Program-made: the position numbers and the translations under genes | Assembly: GCF_009914755.1 (NCBI RefSeq) | Contig: NC_060934.1 | Source: the human T2T-CHM13v2.0 reference genome, Homo sapiens | Direction: 5' to 3' (one strand) | DNA: 64,000 bases | The notes under the pieces: model-generated | What the model saw: the letters and a program-made list of their open reading frames with translations, nothing else | Database searches by the model: none | Told to the model about the DNA's origin: nothing | Part shown: one piece after another, positions 1 through 16,627 of the stretch | Layout of the letters: every line of letters starts with the position of its first letter | Position numbering within the stretch: the stretch's first letter is position 1

Positions 1-157
1 TATCAATCTTTAGTAACTGTAACAAATGTACCACACAGGGACATTGGCTGGGGAGGCTGTGGGTGTGTGTGGAGAGATATATATGGGAACTCTCTGTACT
101 TTGCTCAATTTTGCTGTGAACGTAAAATTGCTCTTAAAACGTTTATTTGAAAAAAAA
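1..157 (+). mobile_element. L1M (L1MB-type) 3' end fragment
   Basis: gggaactctctgtactttgctcaattttgctgtgaac...aaaattgctctt followed by an A-run, typical of old L1 3' termini. Confidence 0.6.
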
Positions 158-164
158 TGATGTT

Positions 165-485
165 GCTATTTCAGATAGGGTGGTCTGGGTAAGTCTGGCT
201 AAGAAAGTGTCATTTGAGTCTTAGATGAAGTTTAGCTATATCTGAGGGAAGGGCATTTTGGGTAAAACAGCTGATTTTTAAGGAAAAATGAGGCCTGTGT
301 GGCTGGAGTGAGGAAAAGCAAGTTGGTAAAGAGTAGAGATAAAGTCAGAGAGATGGGGAAGAGAAAAGCAGATCATGAGGCTTTGTGTGTCACGCTAAGG
401 ATTTTAGCTTTTATCCTGAATGAAGTGAATAAATGTAGCTCTGCCACTACTAGATCTGTGACCTGAGGCAAGTTATTTTACCTCA
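165..485. mobile_element. Degraded L2 fragment followed by MIR core
   Basis: gaggcctgtgtggctggagtgag...gcagatcatg...ggattttagcttttatcctgaa (L2-like); ctctgccactactagatctgtgacctgaggcaagtta (MIR core). Confidence 0.5.
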
Positions 486-489
486 TTTT

Positions 490-3400
490 TTCACATATCT
501 GTTGGCCATTTGTATGTCTTCTTTTGAGAAATGTCTATTAAGATCTTTTGCCCATTTTTAAATTGGAGTATTAGTATTTGCTATTGAGTTGTTTGAGTTC
601 CTTATATATCCCGGTTATTAATCCTCTGTTGGATTAATAGTTTGCAAATATTTTCTCTCATTCTCTAGGTTATCTCTTCACTTTGTCGATTGTTTCCATG
701 GCTGTGCAGAAGCTTTTTAGCTTGAGGTAATCCCATTTGTCAGTTTTTGCTTTGGTTGCCTGTGCTTTTGAGGCCTTATGAAATCTTTGCCCAGATCAAT
801 GGCCTGAAGTGTTTTCCCAATGTTTTCTTCTAGTAGCTGCAGGTCATATATTTACGTCTTTAATCCATGTTGAGTTGATTTTTGTATACAGTGAGAGAGA
901 TAAGTCTATTTCATTCTGCAAATGGATATCATTTTCCCAGCATGATTTATTGAAGAGACTATCATTTCTTCAATATATGTTGGTGCCTTTGTCAAAAATG
1001 AGTTGACTGTAAATGTAAGGATTTATTTCTGAGTTCTCTATGCTGTTCCATTGGTCTATGTGTCTGTTTTTATGCCAGTACCATGCTGTTTTGGTAGTAT
1101 ATTTTGAGTTCAGATATTGTGATGTCTCTAGGTTTGTTCTTTTTGCTCAGGGTTGCTTTGGCTATTCTGTTTGTTTTTTATGATTCCATACAAATTTTAG
1201 GAATTTTTCCCTATTTCTGTGAAGAATGTCATTGGTATTTTAATAGTGATTGCATTGAATGTATAGATCACTTTGAGTAGTATGGACATTTTAACAATAT
1301 TAATTCTTCCAATCCATGAACACAGGATATATCTCCTTTTTGTATGTGTGTGTCCTTATCAATTTCTTTCAATAGTGTTTTATAGTTTTCGTTGTAGAGA
1401 GCTTTCATTTCTTTGGTTAAGTTTGTTTCTAGGTGTGGTTTTTTTGTAGTTGTTAGAAATGGGATTGCTCTCCTGATTTCCTTTTCAGTTCATTTGCTCT
1501 TGGCATATAGAAATGCTACTGATTTTTTTTTCCAAGTGCACAACTAACATTGTAGCTCCTGATTTTTGTATGTTGATTTTGTATCTTGTAACTCTACTGG
1601 TTTATCAGTTCTAGTAATGTTTTGGCAGAGTCTTTAGTTTTTTCTAAATGTAAGATCAAGTCATCTGCAAACACGGACAATTTGACATCTTCCTTTCTAA
1701 TTTGGATTCCCTTTACTTCTTTGTCTTCCAGTAGGAATGGACTCTGGATGGGACTTCCAGTACTATGTTAAATAAAAGTGTTGAATATGGGCATCCTCGT
1801 TGCGTTCCAGATCTTAGAGGGAAGGTTTTCAATTTTTCACCATTCGATATATATGCTATTCAATATGCTAGCTGTGGGTGTGTCGTATATGGCCTTTATT
1901 ATGTTCCTTCTATACCCAGTTTGTTGAGAGTTTTTACAATGAATGGGATGTTGGGTTTTATCAAATGCCTTTCCAGCATCTATCGAAATGATCATATTTT
2001 TTTGTCCTTGATTCTAGTAATGTGATGTCACACTTATTGATTTGCATATTTTAAACCATCCTTTCAGCCCTGAGATGAATTCCACTTGATCATCATGATC
2101 TTTTTTACGTGTCGTTAGATTCAATTTACTAGGTTTTTATTGAGGATTTTTGCATTTATGTTCATCAGAGATATTGGCCTGTATTCTTTTTTAAAAATTA
2201 TTATTGTATGGTTTTGGTATCAGGGTAATGCTAGCTTTGTAGAATGAGTTTGGAAGTATTCCCTCCTCAGTTTTTGGAAACACTTTGAGTAGAATTAGTT
2301 GTTTTAATATTTGCTAGAATTCAGCATGAAGCCATCGGGCCCTGGGGTTTTTCTTTGATGTTAGACTTTATTACTTCTTCTTTCTTGTTACTCATTATTG
2401 ATCTGTTCAGGTTTTCTATTTCTCATATTTCAATCGTAGTAGATTGTGTGTGTTTAGAACTTTATTCACTTATTCTAGGTTTTCAAATTTATTGGCCTAC
2501 ATTGCTCTCATAATAGTCCCTAATGATCCTTTGAATTTCTGTGGTATCATTGTAATGTCTCCTTTTTTATCTCTGACTTTATTTATTTATTTATTCTTAG
2601 GTAGTCTAGCTAAAGATTTGCTTATATTGTCTTTTCAAAAAACCAATTTTTGTTTTGTTGGTATTTGTATATTGGTAGCCTCAATTTTATTCTGCCCTCA
2701 TCATTATTTTTTCCTTCTGTTAATCTTCAATTTGGGTGGTTCTTGCTCTTCTAATTTTTTAAGGCAAATCACTAGTTTGTTTATTTGATGTCTTGCTACT
2801 TTTTTGATGTTGTTTATTGCTAGAAACTTCGCTCATAGTACTACTTTTGTTAGGTCCTGTAAATTTTGGTATGTTGTGTTTTCATTTGTCTCGAGACATT
2901 TTAAAATTTCCTTCTTTGCTTCTTCATTGACCCATTGGTCATTCACGAGCATGTTTAACCTATGTATTTGTTTAGTTTCCATAGTTCCTCTTGTGATGGA
3001 TTTCTAGTTTTATTCCATTGCGGTCAGAAAAGATACCTGATATAATTTTGATTTTATTAAATTTGTTAAAGATTTATTTTGTGACCTAACATATGTCCTA
3101 TCCTAGAGAATGTATGTCCTAGTCTCGAGAATGTTCCATGTGCTGATGAGGAGAATGTGTATTTTGCAGTAGCTGGATGAAATGTTCTGTAAATATCAGG
3201 TCTATTTGGTCTAGAGATGAAGTTTGATGTGTTTTGGTCGATTTTCTGAATGATCTGTCCATTGCTGACACTGAGATGTGGAAATCTATTAATACTATTG
3301 TATTTCGGTCTCTCTCTTTGGATTTATTAATATTTGCTTTATGTATTTGGGTGCTCTGATGTTGGTTGCATACCTATTTACTACTGTTATATCCTCTTAT

Positions 3401-4700
3401 TGAATTGACCCCTTTGTCATCCGGAAAAGTTGTCTTATTCTCCTCTCAGGGCCTGCAATGGGGGCGTGGCTCGCTTCTTAGGTGCCCCACTGCTCATACC
3501 CCTAGGCGGAGCATACAGACGGGCTGGTGGTGGGGAGTGCTGACCCTGGGCAGTGTCTAGGGTTGAGTATTTACAGCTCCCAAAGCCCCAGTGGGTGTGT
3601 GTTACAGTGTGCTTTTCAGTTTTGCTGTCCACAGGAGGCTTGTGTTAATCAGCTCAATTAGACCCTCTGCTTTATCGCAGGGACAAAGGGCTTTTTGTAT
3701 CCCAGGTTCTTGCCTTAGTGTACCAGAAAAATCGGATCACATGTGGGCTTGGAGATGAGTGCAAGGTTTTATTCAGTGGAGTAGCTCTCAGCGAGTTGAA
3801 TGGGGAGGACCTAAGGTGGATGGAGTGGGAAGGTCGTCTTCCCCTGGAGTCGGGCTGCCCAGCGGCAGACTCTCCTTTGATCGCCCTGGCTGAATTCCAT
3901 GCTGTCCCGCATTGATGGCCCGTCAGCATTTGCTGGTACCTGTCGGTGTGCTCTTCCACCCCTCTGCCCCTCTTGACCTCCAGGCACCTGTGTGTTCTTC
4001 TGCCAGTGTGTTCCTCTCAATGTCCAGCTGCTTGTCTCTGTGCCCGCTAGGGTCTTGGGTCTCAGGGTTTTCACAGGCATAGGATGGGGGCGTGGCAGGC
4101 CAGGGTGGTCTTGAAAAATGCAAGATTTGGGTGCAAAAACTGGTGTGTCTGCCCACCTAGGTCCACGGGCACAGGCCCGAGGGTAGAGCCCTTGCCGGGG
4201 ACCCCTCATGTCTCTACCCAGCACTTCCCTGCCCCCCTCCCATATCATTTACATAATCACTTTGTCTTTTGATAATTTTTTACTAGAATTCTATTTTGTC
4301 TGATATAAGTATAGCCACCACTGCTCTGTTTTTGGTTTCCATTTGTGTGGATTATCTTTTTCCCATCCTTTCACTTTCAGTCTACATGTGTCATTGCAGA
4401 GGAAGTGAGTAGTCAGCATATAGTTGGGTCTTGCTTTTATTTTTGTTTTTAAATCTATTCAGGCACTCTGTCTTTTGATTGGATAATTTAGTCCTTTTAC
4501 ATTTACCATTATTATTGATAGGTAAAGACTTACTACTGCTATTGTGTTATTTGTTTTCTGGTTGTTTTGTAAGTCCTCTTTTCCTTCTTTGTCCTCCTTT
4601 GTGGATAAGTAATATTCTCTGGTAGTATGTTTTAATTCCTTGCTTTTTATATTTAGTGTGTTTATTATAGGTTTCTTCCTTTGTGACTACCATGAGAATA
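490..4700 (-). mobile_element. Old L1 (L1MA/L1PB-age) ORF2 region, antisense, interrupted by an LTR
   Basis: Continuous T-rich antisense L1 ORF2 (ttggccatttgtatgtcttcttttgagaaatgtcta; tcatctgcaaac; gagaatgttccatgtgctgatgag) that resumes after 4247. Confidence 0.85.
3416..4247 (-). mobile_element. Solo ERV1 LTR (LTR1/MER52-related family)
   Basis: GC-rich ~830-bp insert in L1; reverse complement starts tgatatgggagggggcagggaagtgctggg...ggacctaggtg...accaccctggcctgccacgcccccatcc, matching LTR1/MER52-type LTRs; left boundary approximate. Confidence 0.75.
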
Positions 4701-5654
4701 CCACAATTTTGAACTTTCCCCCCAAACACTGAAAAGTATATTGTCTTTTTCTTTTTCTTTTTTTAAAGTTTGACATGATGAAATATGAAAGATCATGGAA
4801 TTAGTCTGAGCTGTATTATTATATTAAACTATTAATCTGAGAGTTTTATAATTTATAACTAATTATCACTGACATTTATGACTGTCACACCCAGGTACCA
4901 TGGAGTTATATCTAATTCATTCTTGGATGTGAACATTACCTTTCTTTAAAATTCCTAAGAGGAAAAGACAAAATGCTTCCCAAGAAATAAAACCAATGGG
5001 AAAGGCAACAAGTAACATAAAGGCATTTGTCTTCATTAACCAAAATTGAGAATACAGTGTGTGAACTAAACTTCCAAGACTTTTAATCTAGCTAATGCTA
5101 GAATTGTAATGTGCAATATCATCAAATGCTTCTTTTTGGGTAGCAATCTTTAAATCTGGAAGAAAAACCTTGCCTTATTTTTTATATTCTTTTTTCATAA
5201 TTTCTGAAAAATTTAACCCTTTATTTTGTGAGTTACTGGTTTTTGTTTTTCCTTCTGATCTTAAATGCTCTGTGTGTATGAAGGGTATTATGTTGTCAAG
5301 TAAGTCACATATATATTTTTAGTTGTAGGTAGCTTTTTTATATAAACTATAAAAGTAAAAATATATATAAAAGTACATAAATTACAAATGAGATTTATGA
5401 TGCATATAATTGTAGTTTGTTCATTTGCATTGCTATATAGTATTCCATCATGTGAAGATACCACAATTTATATCACCATTCTGCTGTTGATGAATATTAT
5501 GATTTCCTTTTCTGTTTCAGGCTTCTATGACTAATGCTGCTATGAACATTTTTGAATGTGTCTTTTGATAAACATATGTATGTCTCTATGGTATATACCT
5601 GAAAATGGAATTACTTATAGAATATACAGATATTCAGATTTACTAGATACTATT

Positions 5655-8241
<2,587 letters not shown>

Positions 8242-9189
8242 CTACTGAACAACTTTCCAGAGTGGTTGCATTAATTTACACTTCTACCAGTTGATATATA
8301 GGGTTCCATAGCTCCAAATCTTGCCTGACATTTACTATTGTTTGACGTTTTCATTTTAGCCATTCTAGTGGATTTATAACGAGCCTCTCAAAATTTTAAG
8401 AAACCATGATTCTCAGAAATTCTCTGGTGGCTATTTTTTTTTGAGAGACGTCAACTCCTGTGCACTCTCTATGAAATTATTATGGCAGTACCCTGATGCC
8501 CCAAGTATCAATAAATAGCCTCAAAATATCCTTTTAAAAATCTTTTTTTTTGCAATGTTATCCTTATCTCTAAATATGACTTATAAAAGTCCTAGCATGC
8601 AGTTATTGTGCAACTCTCAGAATTACTCTTGATAACATGCTAACCTCCCCCAGATACTGTATATTGGATCCTACCACGGTAGTGAGCATGGTTAACTCCT
8701 CTTTAGCACATTTTTTCTAAAAATCATTTTATTTTGCAATTAATATTGTCAAAAATCATGTCACTTTTAAGTTTCTTTTGTTTGGTTAATGTTTGTTAAA
8801 AGCTTGTTCATTGCTTTCACAAAAACATAACCTTAAAATGGTGTTTCTGCATCTCTATGATTTTTCTATTTTAAAACTTTCACTTCTCCCTACAAGTAAC
8901 ATTCTTCTGACTCATTACATTCTAATGTTGGGAAGAACAGGAAATAAATATTTTGGTGATTTGAGATAAAATTGTGGAAAATAATGTAGTGAAGTCTTGT
9001 CACCAACCTAGGAGGATATTGAGGTGTTGATGGAAAAGCCATCAGCATTTGCCCAAGTTGGTGTGGTAAACTTTGTGTTGCTTCTGCCGTTTTTGCTCAG
9101 ATAAACAAATTCACCCCAAAAAGAGAAAATTCAACATTAAATGCCAAAATACTGAATATAGGTTAGGACTTGGTATTTCACCATATTTG

Positions 9190-9620
9190 GCTACAGGGAA
9201 AATAACTTTCCAGAAATAAAAGAAGACCCGAATGGACACATTGAAGGAGTCTATTGGTTCCCCAAGAAAATTGACTAGAACAATTGACTCAGAGACACAC
9301 TATAGTAAAACTATTAAAGATTGTTTTAAAAAATCCTTAAATCCTTCAGGAAAAAAATTTTAAAAGGCAAGAGATTGAGAGACATTATACTTTCAAAAAT
9401 ATGAAAGCACAAGCACAACAGTGGAACATCATTTTGAGGAAGTTTAGTGTGAACTAAGATATATCCATCAAAGTTAACCTTCAAGTATTAAGGCTATAAG
9501 CAGTTTTGAATGTGCAAGATCTCAGGCAATGCTGTAAACATGTACCCTTCCTGAAGAATCTACTAGATACTGAGTATTACTAAGCAAAAAGATGACTGTG
9601 AAAACAAACACCAGCTGTGA
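9190..9620 (+). mobile_element. Highly degraded L1/HAL1 ORF1-like fragment
   Basis: ggaaaataactttccagaaataaaagaagac...atagtaaaacta...gaagaatctactaga resembles ORF1-type sequence. Confidence 0.4.
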
Positions 9621-9759
9621 GCATTTTGTATATTTGTAGAAATAACATTAAAACCAGGGTGGAATGAAGGGCAGATGAACACTAAATATTCTGACAAATA
9701 TTCTGACTAAATATTTAGAGAGAACACAATCTAAAAAGGAGAGGTATATATATCAACAC

Positions 9760-10477
9760 CACAAGAAGATGTCACTTCACACCCACTCAGAAGCCTATAA
9801 TTAGCAAGACAGGTAAGAATACATATTGAGGAGGATGTGAAGAATCTGGAACCTTCATAAATTGGTGATGGGTATGTAAAAGGGTGCAGCCACTTTAGAA
9901 AACAGTCTGGCAGTTACTCAAAATGTTAAACAGTTACCACATGACCCAGCAATTTCACCCCTAGATATATACCCAATATAGGTGAACACATTCATCTACA
10001 CAAAATCTTGTACAAGAATATTCATACAACATTCATAATAGCAAAAAAGGCAAAAATAACCCAAGAATCCATCAGTTGATTCGTGGATAGATAAATGTGG
10101 TATAGCCACAGATTGAAATGTTATTTGGCAATGAAAACTAAGGAAATACTGATAATGCTACAACATGGATAAACCTTGAAAACATGTGAAAAAGCTAAGT
10201 AAAAGAAGCCAGTCACAAAAGACCAAATATTGTATAATTTCATTTATATGAAATGTCCAGTATAGGCAAACGTAGACATAGATTAGTGGTTGCCTAAGGC
10301 TGGAAATCTTTGAGGAAAATGAAGAGTGACTACTAATGGGTACAGGGGTAATAAAATATTTTAAAATTGATTGTGGTGATGACTGCACAACTCTGAATAT
10401 AATAAAATAGTTGAATTATACACTTTAGGTAGATTAATTGTGTGGTATGTGAATTATATCTCAATAAAGCTGTTAAA
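9760..10477 (+). mobile_element. L1MB-type 3' end
   Basis: cagttaccacatgacccagcaatt...gaagccagtcacaaaagaccaaatattgtataatt...ctcaataaagctgtt. Confidence 0.8.
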
Positions 10478-10978
10478 AGGGAGAAGGCAGAGAGAAAGCT
10501 TAAATAAGATCATCAATCACTGTATAGATGAAACTTGAAAGATACATAAAAGCAACATACCATATAGTAAAAGGTTAATGAGAAATAAGGGGACTAGGGC
10601 ATTATTTTAAAACTATTAATACAAAGATAACCATCCAAATAAAAAGGCAAACCTTTCTAATACCTAAATAAATTTTTAAAAAGCAAGAAAGGACACATCA
10701 AGTAAAGGAACACAATGAATACAACATAAGATGACAAAATTGAGACCAAACCTGAACAGAGGTATAGTGTATTCTCCTTATGTACTGTGATCTTTTAGAG
10801 ACCCACAAACTAGTATGTTACTCCACCAAATCAATTTTTGTCTTTGAGGAGCAATAATGCCACTATTGAGAATGTGTGGTATACAGAAGTAATAACCAGT
10901 TAGTTGATGCAGTGGATGAGAAAATCCCAATTATGTTAGCAAGAAAAACAAATTACCTAACAAGAAATGTTCAAAAGC

Positions 10979-11032
10979 TACATACACATATATAGATACA
11001 TATGTACACATACTATATATATATATACACAC

Positions 11033-11109
<77 letters not shown>

Positions 11110-11111
11110 CA
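10979..11111. repeat. Compound (TA)n/(CA)n microsatellite
   Basis: Directly visible alternating repeats. Confidence 0.95.
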
Positions 11112-11119
11112 TGAACACA

Positions 11120-12350
11120 CTGTAAAATGCACCTGAAGGACAAGTAGACTTGAACAATTTGAAAGATAATTCTTGTTCTTGCTTAGGCATCTCAGCATCG
11201 TCCAGATATTTTCCCTAAGTTACAAATTTAGTGCAAAACAAAAAAATGCCAATGAGTTTTCATGGGGCTAAAGAAGTTGATGTTAAAGTTTTTGTAAGAA
11301 AACTAATATGCAAGAATACCTAGGAAAACACTGAAAACAAAGCTATGAGCATTACCCTATCAGACAATAAAAGATACTAAAATTAAAAATGGGATACTGG
11401 CACATGTAAAGGCAGACCAATAGATTAAAGTGGAAAATTCAGAAATAGGCCCTATTACAGGTGGAAATCTATGTAATAAAGTTGATAAATCACTTGGGAA
11501 AAAATATTCTAAATAAATGGTATAAGGACAGCCGTATAGCTCTTTGAAAAAATTAGATCCATTCTTTCCACCACACACAAGAATGAACCCCCAAAGGATC
11601 AGAGACCTAAATGTAAAATATAAAACTGCAAGTAACTAGAAGATAACATAGGTGATTTCCTTTTTAATGTGGGTATAGGGAAAACCTTTTAAACTATGAC
11701 CAAAGTAGCTAATAGAATAATAGAAAAATAACCTAAATAGATAAATAGACATAAATTTGTAAAAAAGACATTCAGCTCTACTCATAAGATAAATGTAAAT
11801 TAATGCATTTTTCACCCACCAGCTTGACAACATGTAAAAGTTTGACCATATGCTCCATTTGCAAGGCTTTGTAGACAACAGGCCCTGAAGTGAACCTTTG
11901 TTGCAGTGGCAGCCCTACTGGTGGGAAAACAATATTGCACAACCACTGAAAAGGAAATTTAGCAATATTTAATATAACTAGGTATACATTTTCTTTTCAC
12001 TCCAGCAGTCCCATTTGTAGTAATTTACCCTGAAGATACATCTCTAACAATATGAAAGCACATATGCATAAAGCTAGTCATTGAAGCATTATTTATAAAG
12101 GCAAAATATTGAAAAATAATTGTTCAAGCAGATTTGGATATTAGTTGAATAAACTATGATATATCCACAAAATAGAATACTATGCACCTATACAAAATAT
12201 ATGAAGGGAAGTCTTTATAACTGATACGGAGTGATTTTTAGGAGACAGATTGTTCAGGAAAAAAAAAGCAACATGTATATACAATATTACCTGTTGTGTA
12301 GTAAAAGGAAATAAGCACACATTTGCTTATCTTTATAGAAGGAAGACAAT
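11120..12350 (+). mobile_element. Degraded L1ME-type ORF2/3' region
   Basis: cagaccaatagattaaagtggaaaattcagaaata; ggatcagagacctaaatgtaaaa; ctatgatatatccacaaaatagaatactatgca. Confidence 0.65.
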
Positions 12351-14031
12351 TAAATTCGCTATGTACAAGTGGTGGTGATGCAATAGGATAGAAGGGTGGT
12401 CCTTCCCACAGGACAGAGAAACAACTCTGTCCCTCTGTGGACTTGTTTACAGCCCCATTTGGCCTTGGTTTTACCAACAGGACTAGCCACTAAGGAATCT
12501 GGGAGGAGCTATCCCCACCAATGTGTTGGTTAACAGGCCTTGTGATCATGGTCCAATCGCTGATTCTGAAGTGGCCCTATAACCCAATTCCAACCCCTCT
12601 CGATGGTCTGGGAGCAATTCTGCCCACCCATGGACTCACACCTGTCTGTATACTTGGAGGCAGACCTGCAGACCTCAGTTTTGGCTGTGGCACCTGAAGA
12701 GTGACCCAGCCAAACTCAATTCCAACCCCTTTCAGCCACAGTCTGGGGTCAGTCCTGCCCACCCAGGAACCCACCCAGACACCTGGTGGTAGCCCTCCCA
12801 GGGACCAATGTAAAATTTAAAACTGTCCAAGTAACTTGAAAGTAAAGAAATCACTGGCAAAGATAAACATATAGTCAAATTCAGTATATAGTCACACTCA
12901 TCTGTGCACTTGGCAAGAGGTCTGCCATCTCTAGACACAACTACACACCCTGAAGTGAACTCTTGTTGCAGAGCCAGCCTTACTAAAGTACTGGTGGCAG
13001 TCCCATTCACTCAGGGACCAAGAAAGATCCACACCTCTGGAAATAGGTTTGCCAACTGCAGACCCAACTGTGAACCCAGCAGCAGCCACATGACCCAGCT
13101 TCAGACTTTCTCAATTGTGATCCTAGAGGCAATCCTATCAGCCCAGGGACCCAACAGGAGATCTTTACCTACTGAGACCAGTCTGTAAATGCCAGAAGAG
13201 GTGCTTGCTCCTTCAAATGCACAGGCACAAGTGGAAGCCTACATGGATTATGAAGAATCAGGCCAACATAACACTTCCAAAGGAAACCAGTAAGGTTCTA
13301 GTAACTGATCTCAAGGCAATGGAGATCTACAAATTGCATGACAAAGAATTCAAAGTAATTATCTTAAGCTAAATGAGATACAAGAGAACAGAGGTAGACA
13401 ATTAATAAAATCAGGAAGACAGTGATTGAACAAAATGAGATGTTTAATAAAGAAATAGAATATATTGAAAAGAACCAAACAGAAATCCTAGAGCTGAAAA
13501 ATACTTCGACAGAACTTTTTTAAAAAAAATCCAATAGAGAGCTTTAACAACAGACCTGATCATGCAGAAGAAAGAATTAGTGAACTCAAAGGCAGGTCAT
13601 TTGAAATTAGCCAGTTAGAGGAACAAAAAATGAAAGAGAAAACATGTGAAGAAACCATATGGGATCTATGGGATACAATCACATGAACAAATGTACGCAT
13701 TATGGGAGTTTAAGAAGTATAAGAGCAAGAGAGAAAGAGGGTAGAAAACTTACTTAAATAATTTCCTCAATTATTTCCCACATCTGGTGAAAGAAATGTA
13801 CATCCAGATCCAAGAAATAAAGGACACCAAATAAGATGAACTTAAAAAAAAAATCCACAGGAAAACACATTATTATCAAATTGTTAAAAGTCAAAGATGA
13901 AGAAAATTTTGAAACAGCATGAGAAAAATGACTCATGTACAAGCCAATTTCCATAATGCTATCAGCGGATTTCTCAGTAAAAACTTGCAGACCAGGAGGA
14001 AGTGGAATAAAACGTTCAAAATACTGAGGGG

Positions 14032-14319
14032 AGCTGGGCACAGTGGCTCACGCCTGTAATCCCAACACTTTGGGAGGCTGAGGTGGGCAGATCACAAGGT
14101 CAGGAGATCAAGACCATCCTGGTTAACATGGTGAAACCCTGTTTCTACTAAAAATGCAAAAAATTAGCCGGGTGTGGTGGTGGGCACCTGCAGTCCCAGG
14201 CAGGAGAATGGCGTGAACCCGGGAGGCGGAGCTTGCAGTGAGCTGAGATCGCACCACTGCACTCCAGCCTGGGTGACAGAGTGAGACTCCATCTCAAAAA
14301 AAAAAAAACAAAAAAAAAA
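14032..14319 (+). mobile_element. AluY-like element with a ~17-bp internal deletion
   Basis: Alu dimer; cagtcccag|gcaggagaatggcgtgaaccc lacks ctactcgggaggctga; TSD aaaa(t/c)(a/c)ctgagggga. Confidence 0.9.
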
Positions 14320-14566
14320 CCTGAGGGGAAAGAAAACTGTGAACCTAAAATATTATACCCAGAAAATCTGTTCTTTACAAATGAAGGAAAGATAAAGACA
14401 TTCCTAGACAAACAAAAGCTGAGAGAATTAATCACCATTAGACCCTTATAAGAACTGCTAAGGGAGTTCTTCAAGTTGAAATAAAAGGATGCCAAGTAAC
14501 AACATAAACATTCTTGAAAGCATAAAAATCACTGGTAAAGATAAATATATATTCAAATTCAGTATA

Positions 14567-14995
14567 TAGTTGACTCAAGCAATAAAAGGGTTGGGGTGCT
14601 GGCCCCCCACACAGTTGAAAATTCATGTATAATCTTGACTCTCTTTCTAGAAACTTAACTACTATAGCCTATTGTTGACTGGAAGCCTTACAGATAACAT
14701 AGTCAATTAACACATTTTGTATGTTGTATGTATTATATACTCTATTCTTACAATAAAGTAAGCTAGAGAAAAAATATTACGAAAATCTTAAGGAAGAAAA
14801 ATATATTTGCTATTCATTGAGTAGAATTGAATCATCATAAATGTCTTCATTTTCGTTGTCTTTATGTTGAGTAGGTTGAGGAGAATAGAAAAAGTAGTAG
14901 TTGGTCTCACTGTTTCAAGGGTGGCAGAGGTAAAAGAAAATCTGCATATAAGTGGACCCACACAATTCAAACCCATGTGGTTCAAGGGTCAATTG
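14567..14995 (-). mobile_element. Tigger2a (MER28) DNA transposon
   Basis: TIR-like ends tagttgactc.../...ttcaagggtcaattg with TA flanks; internal aaatctgcatataagtggacccacacaattcaaaccc. Confidence 0.85.
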
Positions 14996-16319
14996 TACTC
15001 AAATACTGTAATGGTGTAGAAATCACTGTTAACTTTGCTATAAATATTTAAAGACAAAAGTAATTAAACATAACTGTAGCTATAATAATGTGTTAATGAA
15101 TACATTCACAATATAAAAAATATAAAGTATAAAATAAATAGTATAACATATTGGGTAGATGGAGAAGTAAAAATGTAGAGTTTTTGTGTGCAATTGAAGT
15201 TAAGTTGTTATTTACTTGAAATAGACTGTTATAAATATATTTTATATAAGCATGGCAATCACCAAAAACCCCTCATAGTACATACACAAAAAAGTAAACA
15301 GAAAGGAATCAAAGCATATAACTCCAAAAATTAACAAATCACAAAGCAAGAGAGGCAGAAAAGAGCTACGAAACAGAAAACAAGAAAATGCTAATAGTAA
15401 GTCTTTACCTATCAATAAGTACCTTAAATATAAATGGAGTAAATTCTCAAAATTAAAACAAACATAGTGGCTGAATGGATTAAAAGAAAAACAAGACTCA
15501 CCAATATGCTGCCTACAAGAGACTCAGTTTATCACTTTAGATTTAAGGACACATACATGCTGAAAGTGAAAAATGGAAACATTCCACGCAAATAGTAACT
15601 AAAAGAGAACGGGGTGGCTATACTTATATCAGACAAAATAGACTTTAACTCAAAATCCATCACAAGATACAAAGAAGGTCACTAATGATACAGGGTCAAT
15701 TTATCAAGAGGGTATAACAATAGTAACTCTATATGCACTCAACATCAGAGCATCTAAATATATAAAGAAATATGAAGAACCTGGAAGGGAAAAAAACACA
15801 GCAATGCAATAATAGTAGTGGACTTCAATACTTCACCTTCAAAAACGGATAGATTTTTTAGACAGAAAATCAGTAAGAAATAGCTGACTTGAACACTACT
15901 ATAGATCACATAGAACTAACAGATATATATAGAACATTCCATCCAACAGCAGCAGAACATATATTCTTCTGAAGCACATAGTGAACATTCTCTAGGATAT
16001 ATCATTTTAGGCCACAAAGCAAGTCTTACGAAATTTAAGAAGACTAAAATCATATCAAGTATCTTTACGAACCACAATAGTAAGAAGCTAGAAATAATGA
16101 GAAAAATTGGAAAATTTTTAATATCCACAAGTATGTGATGAGTATTAAGTTTTTAATATCCACAAGTATGTGGATATTAAACAGCACACTCCTGAAAAAA
16201 ATAGGTCAACAAAGAAATCAAAGGGAAGTTAAAAAGTATCTTGTGTAAAACAAAAATGAAAAAACAATATGTCAAAACTTATGCAAGGCAGCAAAAGCAA
16301 TTATAGAATTAAAGTTTAA

Positions 16320-16627
<308 letters not shown>

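Noticed and set aside
10931-11198. Cys/Val/Tyr/Ile-rich ORFs
   Set aside because: Translations of the (TA)n/(CA)n microsatellite.
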